A DNA stretch of 64,000 bases from a virus. Position numbers and translations under genes: made by a program. Positions within the stretch are counted from its first letter, which is position 1. The number at the start of each line of letters is the position of its first letter. Below the pieces are notes generated by a model. It saw nothing but the letters and a program-made list of their open reading frames with translations. It was not told where the DNA came from and did no database searches. This document shows positions 57,857 through 64,000 of this stretch, piece by piece. The stretch spans positions 1-64,000 of the IMG/VR virus record IMGVR_UViG_3300025536_000013; one strand, given 5' to 3'.

Positions 57857-58047
57857 AGCACCCTCTCATCGTGTCGGTCGAATGCCTCGTTGACTGCCCG
57901 AAGGCACTGCCACTCCAGAGACTCGCGCGCCGCCTTCTCGTCCTCGCCCTCGTCGAGCTCGGCTCGAAGAGTGCAGTGCACGGTGCAGGACTGAAAGTTC
58001 ACACTGCGAGTCTCTCCGTACGTGATCTCGACGTGCGTCGTTTTCAT
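57826..58047 (-). CDS. hypothetical small protein
   Basis: GGAG lies upstream of ATG 58047. The ORF is 73 aa. Confidence 0.5.
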   Translation of the reverse strand: MKTTHVEITYGETRSVNFQSCTVHCTLRAELDEGEDEKAARESLEWQCLRAVNEAFDRHDERVLCRLSAQEPQ

Positions 58048-58121
58048 TTGCGTCTCCAAGGATCCACGAATCAATACATCATTATATCTTCAAGGATTGA
58101 AAATGTAAATCATAATTTCTC

Positions 58122-58610
58122 TTACCCTTGGGCGGACACACGTCGGCTCCGCAACTTGACGTTAGCCCAAGTCTCCAGCACAGCGGGCTCGAAGTCTACG
58201 CCGACGCACGTGGCAAGCACGCGGAGCTCCGCCGTGAGCTCAGTCACGTTGGCTCCCACGCCGACACGCGAGGCCAGCACGACGGAGGCTAGGTTGACAA
58301 TCTTGATGAGCATGTGTCGCACGTTCTTGGACTCAGAGCCGTATCCCGGCACCCACAGCACATCTGCTGCGTTACACACGCTACAGCTGGCGATGGCTAC
58401 GTCGCCAATCGCGTCAACGAGCTCCGGTGTCCAGTCTTTGTGCGCGTAGCGAGGCTCCGGTCCCCACTCGTTCTGTTGCATGGACTTGAGCACCGGCTTC
58501 ACGAGCTCGCCGACCTCCTCGACGAGGCACAGCGCTGGGTACCAAGAATCCTGCTGTGGGTACATCTCGTCCACCCAGGCCTTGTGCTCAGCTTGAAGTC
58601 TGTCGAGCAT
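58122..58610 (-). CDS. MazG-like / all-alpha NTP pyrophosphatase domain protein
   Basis: AGGAGG lies upstream. ...LCLVEEVGELVK...ELVDAIGDVAIASCSV... has the EExGE and D..GD pattern of MazG-type enzymes. Confidence 0.55.
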   Translation of the reverse strand: MLDRLQAEHKAWVDEMYPQQDSWYPALCLVEEVGELVKPVLKSMQQNEWGPEPRYAHKDWTPELVDAIGDVAIASCSVCNAADVLWVPGYGSESKNVRHMLIKIVNLASVVLASRVGVGANVTELTAELRVLATCVGVDFEPAVLETWANVKLRSRRVSAQG

Positions 58611-58920
58611 GGTCTGCTTCCTCCTGGTACTGCCTCAAGATCCTGGGAGCCTTCCTCCAGACTCCGTTTATGCGGCGCAAATTTGCCGTGGGATTGAACC
58701 CGACGAACAGGTGCAGCAGCCTGCTCAGCTGCTCCTGCAGTTCTTCTACTGTTGGCTCGTGACGACGTCTCTTTCGCCTGAGCTCTGCAGGAACCTTGTA
58801 TCGGTTCCTACACGGCTTGCAGCGCCGATGCTTGCTAGTCAGCTTTCCTCCGCAGCAGATGCACAATCCAGCCGCGCGAAAGCGGTCTTGCCGAGCCCTC
58901 GCTTGCTCGCTGCTAGCCAC
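58588..58920 (-). CDS. basic zinc-ribbon protein
   Basis: AAGGAG lies upstream of the GTG. CICCGGKLTSKHRRCKPC is present. Confidence 0.5.
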   Translation of the reverse strand: MASSEQARARQDRFRAAGLCICCGGKLTSKHRRCKPCRNRYKVPAELRRKRRRHEPTVEELQEQLSRLLHLFVGFNPTANLRRINGVWRKAPRILRQYQEEADHARQTSS

Positions 58921-59623
58921 AGTGGAGCTCCTTCCATGCCTGGTCAGAAGACAGCGGTTCGACGAACATAGAACCAGCTTCTGTCGAGTTGTCAGTCTCT
59001 CGGGCTAAGTCTTTGACGTTCACGTGCAGAGAACCGACTGTCCAGTACAACTTGCCGAGGCTGAGCCCGACGGCGTCGGCGACGAACTTCTGCAAGTTGG
59101 TCAAGAGGATCAGGTCATAGGGCAGCACAGACCAGGCGTTGAGCGAGCGACTATAGACGTGTAGATCAAGTCCGTCAGTATTGAGAAAGTGCAAGTGGCT
59201 GATGCACGCAGGGATGTTGGCGTTGCGCGGACGGCTGTTGTCGGTGACTGTAGCCGACGCCGCGCGAGTGTCCTTACACTGTCGTAGGCACTGTATCGCA
59301 CGCTTGATGCCAGGCCAGGCTATGGGACCATAGGCCCCGACCATGAGCCCCTCTGTCAAGTACTTGTTGGCATGTTCGTTGTAAGCTTTGAGCACGAGTG
59401 CGCGCTCAGTATCCGTGTAGAAGAACAGCACATTGGCTCGAGCCCACCGAAGGTCGACCGGTCGAGCAGTCACGACGTTACGCATCGGGTCGTCGAGCAC
59501 GAGCGTGACGTGACACGCCTCGACGGTGCCCGAGACGTTGCACCCGTCCTCAGCCCTCCGCTGTCGGGTCGGAAGCGACAGAGCCTTGAGGAAGAGCTGA
59601 TTCGCGCACGCTGTCTGGTACAT
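58913..59623 (-). CDS. thymidylate-synthase (ThyA) family enzyme; dCMP-modifying type suspected
   Basis: AGGAG lies upstream. NIPACISHLHF...VYSRSLNAWSVLPYDLILL...LYWTVGSLHV aligns with E. coli ThyA APCHAFFQF...YQRSCDVFLGLPFNIAS...FVWTGGDTHL. Asp occupies the position of Asn177. Confidence 0.7.
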   Translation of the reverse strand: MYQTACANQLFLKALSLPTRQRRAEDGCNVSGTVEACHVTLVLDDPMRNVVTARPVDLRWARANVLFFYTDTERALVLKAYNEHANKYLTEGLMVGAYGPIAWPGIKRAIQCLRQCKDTRAASATVTDNSRPRNANIPACISHLHFLNTDGLDLHVYSRSLNAWSVLPYDLILLTNLQKFVADAVGLSLGKLYWTVGSLHVNVKDLARETDNSTEAGSMFVEPLSSDQAWKELHCG

Positions 59624-59936
59624 AGGCTCTCCTGATTAGCTGGCCCATCCAGTCGGTGACGCTGAGAACGTCGAAACCGTCCTCCGTAGGGCCGTTGGGA
59701 GCAAAGTTGATTCCGCACAAGGCTTCGGCGACTTCTTCCGGAGGCACTCCACACTGAAGCGAGATCGACACCACACGGGACAGGGAGTCGAGTATGCCGC
59801 GCTCGTAAGAGCCGAACACTCCACCGGTCACGAAGACTTCGCCGAGCTGGCCATCCTCTCGCTCGCCGAAGCTAGCGTAGTAAGCATGGCCGCCGATCCT
59901 CGTCTTCTGGGTCCAGGTGTAACGTCGCTCAGGCAT
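59550..59936 (-). CDS. TSCPD-domain-like protein
   Basis: HAYYASFGEREDGQLGEVFVTGG...LDSLSRVVSISLQCGVPPEEVAEAL resembles the TSCPD domain found at the C-terminus of class II RNRs. The 3' end overlaps the ThyA-like start. Confidence 0.45.
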   Translation of the reverse strand: MPERRYTWTQKTRIGGHAYYASFGEREDGQLGEVFVTGGVFGSYERGILDSLSRVVSISLQCGVPPEEVAEALCGINFAPNGPTEDGFDVLSVTDWMGQLIRRAYVPDSVRESALPQGSVASDPTAEG

Positions 59937-62355
59937 CGGTTTTCGTGAGCTCGTCATTTACGAGGTACCCCTGCCGTTGGCCGTCGTCGGATCGAAACCG
60001 TATAGCCACCTTCGATGCACCGTGTGACTTGCACTCGAATTTCACTCGGACAGAGGCACCGACAAGCTTAGTCCAGTCCTCGGACGAGGCCTTGCGAGAC
60101 CCCTTCCAGTCCTCGTCTGCGACATTCTCCCAGGCTTCCAGCAAGGGCGTCATCTGCCCACGAGTTATGACCTTCCACCCGCGACCAGACCAGCGCGTGG
60201 CATCGCTGCCAGATGCATCTGGTGCCTCGCAGGCTGCCTTGAACAAGGAGAGCAAGAGGCTCTCGTTCTCATGTGCCTCGTCAGATTCGGACATCGGGAA
60301 GTAGCCGAGGCGCCCGGCGGATTCTTCAAACGTAGTCGGGGTCACAAAGAACTCGTCGATGACTTCGGAGAGTATCGCGTCGGCTGCGTCCGCATACTCC
60401 CGACCAGCCAGGCGAAACCGCTCGAGCCTATCTACAGTTGTCCGGAGACTGTGCCGCCAGTCGACTTTGCCTGAGAGGTTCACGTGCACCAAACGTCGGG
60501 CGAGCTGAGCGTCTTGTTTGACCTCGATAGGAACACGAGTGTCAGTGAAGGCCACCACTGGCAAGTCGCCGAGCTTCACTGGACCGATGTAGGCTTTCCA
60601 GCTAGTAGAATCCGGGGTAAGGTTCAATACGAAGTCAGAGGCTTGCACTGCAGACTGCTTCGCTCTTTCAGCCTCCTTGAAAAACTCGTTGAAGCACAGA
60701 AACATGCCAGTGTCTTTGCTGTCTCGAATAGCTTGTCTAACACGTTCAATGTTCGCCGTCCACTGGACTGCGGTTGCCCCATCGCCAGCTATAGCCGCGG
60801 AGACCATCACCGTGCCGGTCTTCGCGCTGCTAGTCGGTCCGGAGACGAAGATCATGGGAGGCAGACCGACGCCTCCCTCTACGAAGCCCTTCGCAACGAG
60901 CATGAGCTTGACGAAACGAGGCTCGATGCCAGGACAGACTTGTTCGAGAACAGCCCAACCATCGACTCGCTTCTCCGGCGGAATGTATTTTGGCCGGAAC
61001 TGTGCAACGTTGTCGCGTGCCAAGGCTGGGGTCTGAACCACTACTCTCACTCGGTTGACGTCGCACTGGCGCACAAAGTGGCTGTACATCCGGCAGCCGA
61101 AGACCGGTGTCAGGTGCGGATAACCGTACTGTGCTAGGTCGAACGTCTGTTCTAAGGTCGCCACCTTGGCCGCGTTACCGCCAGCTGAGGGCAACGCAGC
61201 AATTATAGCCCTGACGTCTTTGACGTACGAGTCTCCATTGCTGTTGGTCCACCGGCCTTCCATACGCAGCACGTTATGGCCGCCCTGGAGCACAGAGTCC
61301 CTAGTCTCGTCGTCGATCGCCGAGTGGTGGAGTTTCAACGCGGCGCCGTACGCCACGCGAGCAACGTCGTTGGACAAGCCGAACTTGTCCTGGAGCACGT
61401 GCTTGGCGTGCTCCCAGTGGCAAAAGCCATCGAGGCAGTTATACAGGAGCTCGGAAGCAGATCCGCCGACAAACGCGGAGAAGGGGAAGAACCCGGGAGT
61501 GCGCCCGCCGTGCAAGAGTCCGTGGGCCTCGCACACGAAGCACTTGACTCCACGCTCGAAGACGTGGACCGGGGTGCCGGCCGCAGTGGAGCTCGGCGAG
61601 ACGGGGCACTTGTCGTGAGAGTAGCGCCCGCCGATCACTAGGCCCTCTTGCCGAAGCCACTCGACAACTGCACCGTCGTCGACAGAGTACTGCTTGAAGC
61701 GGCGGCGTAATGCTTTCATGTCAGAGGTCTGCTCGGAGACCACGATCTCCGTGCGAGGCAGCCGAGTGTCGGTCTTGAGCTCGAGGGAGTCATATCGCAC
61801 GCTGTCGCTGAGGCACAAGTATGCCACCGCGGCACACTCTTCCGCGGAGAATCTCTCCAGCGCACCGTAGACGAGCCGCAATCCTCCGCTCTTCGTCACC
61901 CAAGACATGGCGGGCCGAGGGTCGAACCAGACTAACAACTCACGAAGCTTCTTGTCGTCCCACTCCGTACTGTCGAGGTCGACTGCGGCGAGCATGTCCC
62001 GGCGAGACCAACGTGCGACTGGATCTTCCAAGGAACCGAAGCCATTTGTGCAAGCCTCTTTGAGCAGCCTCAAGGGGTCGAGGCTGCGGAGCGTCTCAAC
62101 GTCAGTTCCAGTCAGGTCGCGTACGGTGAGTTCAAACTCCTGCTCGCCTCCCCACTCAACACTCGGCTGGTCCGAGTGCTCTAGTGCGTCGACTGCGGCC
62201 ATCAATTCGTCGCGAGAGACTCCGAGCGCTTTGGCTGCTTTCTTGAACTGCGTCTCATCAGTGAACTTGGATTCCACTCGACCGACTAGCTTGTCTCTCT
62301 TCCTAGCTTCAATGAGAACTTTGCCCCGCGGTGCTCTTGTCAGCGTCAGTTTCAC
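59929..62355 (-). CDS. primase-helicase (P-loop, D5/VirE/P4-like)
   Basis: AGGAG lies upstream of the GTG. The ORF is 808 aa. It has a central Cys cluster CPV...CFVCEAHG and a Walker A FVSGPTSSAKTGT. Confidence 0.7.
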   Translation of the reverse strand: MKLTLTRAPRGKVLIEARKRDKLVGRVESKFTDETQFKKAAKALGVSRDELMAAVDALEHSDQPSVEWGGEQEFELTVRDLTGTDVETLRSLDPLRLLKEACTNGFGSLEDPVARWSRRDMLAAVDLDSTEWDDKKLRELLVWFDPRPAMSWVTKSGGLRLVYGALERFSAEECAAVAYLCLSDSVRYDSLELKTDTRLPRTEIVVSEQTSDMKALRRRFKQYSVDDGAVVEWLRQEGLVIGGRYSHDKCPVSPSSTAAGTPVHVFERGVKCFVCEAHGLLHGGRTPGFFPFSAFVGGSASELLYNCLDGFCHWEHAKHVLQDKFGLSNDVARVAYGAALKLHHSAIDDETRDSVLQGGHNVLRMEGRWTNSNGDSYVKDVRAIIAALPSAGGNAAKVATLEQTFDLAQYGYPHLTPVFGCRMYSHFVRQCDVNRVRVVVQTPALARDNVAQFRPKYIPPEKRVDGWAVLEQVCPGIEPRFVKLMLVAKGFVEGGVGLPPMIFVSGPTSSAKTGTVMVSAAIAGDGATAVQWTANIERVRQAIRDSKDTGMFLCFNEFFKEAERAKQSAVQASDFVLNLTPDSTSWKAYIGPVKLGDLPVVAFTDTRVPIEVKQDAQLARRLVHVNLSGKVDWRHSLRTTVDRLERFRLAGREYADAADAILSEVIDEFFVTPTTFEESAGRLGYFPMSESDEAHENESLLLSLFKAACEAPDASGSDATRWSGRGWKVITRGQMTPLLEAWENVADEDWKGSRKASSEDWTKLVGASVRVKFECKSHGASKVAIRFRSDDGQRQGYLVNDELTKTDA

Positions 62356-62380
62356 CGGGGAACTCCTGAGCGCGCATGTG

Positions 62381-62419
62381 CAGAAACAAAAGCCCGGGCG
62401 CCGAGAACCGGCGCCCGGG
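62381..62419 (-). terminator. rho-independent terminator
   Basis: The - strand has a perfect 11-bp hairpin CCCGGGCGCCG-GUUCU-CGGCGCCCGGG followed by CUUUUGUUUCU. It starts about 10 nt after the stop at 62430. Confidence 0.7.
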
Positions 62420-62429
62420 TCGGGAGGGG

Positions 62430-63170
62430 TTACTTCGCCTTGGACTGGATGTCATCCATTCGACGGGTGAAGGCCTCGGCGGCCTCTTCGAGTTCCTTCT
62501 GGAAGAGCTCGGACTTGAAGGACTCGGAGAGCACGCGCCACTCGGCAACGGTGGTCGGGTAGACCTTCACCGTTGCAGGGGTGTAGGCGCGGCCGGTGCC
62601 CTTGGATGTGCGCTTCGGCCCGACGACGACTTCACCGTAGAAGCGCATGAACGGCTTCTGGCAGACGAGAGTCTCCTTGTGCTGCGGGGAGAGCTTCGCC
62701 CAGTCCTCGCCGGCCGAGGTCTCCAAGGCCTGCACCATGGGATGCACGCCACCGGACTTCGTCGTGCGAAACTGGCAAGTCGCCGGCACGAGTTTGTCGT
62801 CGACCATGACAAGGATCACCGCCTCGACGTTTTCGCCGAAGTCAGCCTTTGACGTCAGGGACCAGTCGGTGACGTTGCCCTGCGAGTCGCCCTTGGTCCA
62901 GTACTGCTTGGCGGTCAAGAGGTGGTACTTGAAAGGAGCGAGCTTGCGGGCAGCGTCGCCGGGGCCGACCAACACCGGATCGGACTCCTGCAGGCCTGGA
63001 CACTTGGTAGACAGGCTGCCCCAACTCGGCGACATGGGGTGGACGAACGCCACGTACGGACAGAGGGCCCGAGGCTTCACCGTCGGGGCTTGTTCGAACA
63101 TTGCTGGGAGTTTGAACTCCCCCACGAGGCCAGCCTGGGCTGCGAGAGATTTTTTCGTGTCTGTTGCCAT
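62430..63170 (-). CDS. hypothetical protein (ssDNA-binding/annealing candidate by position only)
   Basis: The ORF is 246 aa, between the Cas4-like nuclease and the primase-helicase. I could not assign a motif. Confidence 0.5.
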   Translation of the reverse strand: MATDTKKSLAAQAGLVGEFKLPAMFEQAPTVKPRALCPYVAFVHPMSPSWGSLSTKCPGLQESDPVLVGPGDAARKLAPFKYHLLTAKQYWTKGDSQGNVTDWSLTSKADFGENVEAVILVMVDDKLVPATCQFRTTKSGGVHPMVQALETSAGEDWAKLSPQHKETLVCQKPFMRFYGEVVVGPKRTSKGTGRAYTPATVKVYPTTVAEWRVLSESFKSELFQKELEEAAEAFTRRMDDIQSKAK

Positions 63171-63227
63171 GTTTTGAGTTCCTTTTTCCTTATTGCGTCT
63201 GGCGAAGTTGCCAGTTGCGCGCAGAGC

Positions 63228-63989
63228 CTAGAACTTCAAGCCGAGTTTCACAAGCTCAGGGACGCATCGGTCGATTCCGCCGTAATGGCACCAGTTGCAC
63301 GCGTCAGAGGGGCCAACCCAAGGAGTGCCGGTGCGAATGGCCATGACGGCGATGCGGACGCCCTGCATCGCGTGGACGGCGTCTTCGGTACGGAAGACGT
63401 AGTTCCAGAAGACGCCGGACGGGGAGGAGGCTGGGTCGACGCCGCGGGAGAGATACTTGCGAGGGAGTATCAATGCGCCAGGATCGACACGAGTGTTCAA
63501 GACCGCGGAAGCCCCGAGGGCGTAGGCAGCCATCTGGTAGAAGCTCTCGCTGAGAAGCACGAAGCCGTCGCGAGTGCTCGTCTTGATGTCGTAGACCCTG
63601 AGCTGTCCGTGCTCCTTGCGCACCTGGTCGAGTCGACCGCGGACGTGGATGTCCTCTTTGGTAGGATCGTCTGGATGCGGCTTGATGACGAACTCCACTG
63701 GATGCTCGCTGAGCACCACGTCGGCAGTCGCGTTGCGTGGGTCCTGCACGTAGCTGACGAACATGCGAGCGGCCGCGTCGAGATCGGCGAGTGGATACTG
63801 GTCCTTGCCAGAATGCATCTTCTCGACGGCCTTGATGACGTCCTTGGTCTTGTGGAACTCGTCGGAGGCTGCGTGCATGGCCGTGCCAGTCTGGGCCGCG
63901 GGGCCGGAGTCATCGCGAAAGGAGAAGAGCTGCATGCTGACGGCCCTCCATGGGCAGACTGTCATGGCGCGGAGCCCGGAGGCCCGCAC
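63228..63989 (-). CDS. PD-(D/E)XK nuclease, Cas4/RecB-like with Cys cluster
   Basis: GRLDQV...RVYDIKTS gives the D...DxK motif. FYQMAAYA gives QxxxY. An N-terminal Cys (TVCPW) plus the C-terminal CNWCHYGGIDRC give a Cas4-type 4-Cys pattern. Confidence 0.7.
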   Translation of the reverse strand: MRASGLRAMTVCPWRAVSMQLFSFRDDSGPAAQTGTAMHAASDEFHKTKDVIKAVEKMHSGKDQYPLADLDAAARMFVSYVQDPRNATADVVLSEHPVEFVIKPHPDDPTKEDIHVRGRLDQVRKEHGQLRVYDIKTSTRDGFVLLSESFYQMAAYALGASAVLNTRVDPGALILPRKYLSRGVDPASSPSGVFWNYVFRTEDAVHAMQGVRIAVMAIRTGTPWVGPSDACNWCHYGGIDRCVPELVKLGLKF

Positions 63990-64000
63990 AGGCTGGGCTT

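Overview
This high-GC 64-kb window reads as most of a tailed-phage genome or prophage (HK97-type, siphovirus-like), probably from a Planctomycete (Gemmata-like) host. The host inference rests on TIGR02996-like modules, PSCyt1-like CxxCH motifs and an LE..R leader. All family calls below come from motifs read by eye in the supplied translations; no HMM or database search was run.

Nt 2-39562 form one + strand block. It holds glycosyltransferase and FkbM-methyltransferase genes and a cluster of exported or lysis-like proteins (astacin-like metzincin, Tat-signal and CxxCH proteins). It also holds the portal, two divergent HK97-fold capsid genes, a Mu-F-like head protein, a SpoVG homolog and a 1039-aa prohead-protease fusion. 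The tail end of the block has head-tail joining genes, a tail tube gene, a G/GT chaperone pair with an A-AAT-TTT slippery site, a tape measure and tail-tip genes. Three paralogous GT-A-like genes are interspersed through this block.

Nt 39559-63989 form one - strand block that meets the first at overlapping stop codons. It starts with about 20 tightly packed small early ORFs with strong Shine-Dalgarno sites. These are followed by CsrA, XRE-type regulators, two MazG-like pyrophosphatases and an HhH-GPD gene. A visibly lower-GC island at about 49.5-58 kb carries a thymidylate-kinase::FkbM fusion, a GT-B-like glycosyltransferase, HNH genes and an intein-containing family A DNA polymerase. Beyond it lie a ThyA-family enzyme, a TSCPD protein, a primase-helicase and a Cas4-like nuclease.

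I recognised no rRNA, CRISPR array, integrase, terminase or classical endolysin.

The most interesting observations are:
- a candidate T4-like cytosine hypermodification pathway built from unusual parts;
- an intein whose centre is dual-coding, with a homing-endonuclease-like ORF in another frame;
- a four-copy covarying structured RNA element between early genes;
- two capsid paralogs;
- a virion-module glycosyltransferase family;
- two orphan tRNA 3'-half-like modules.
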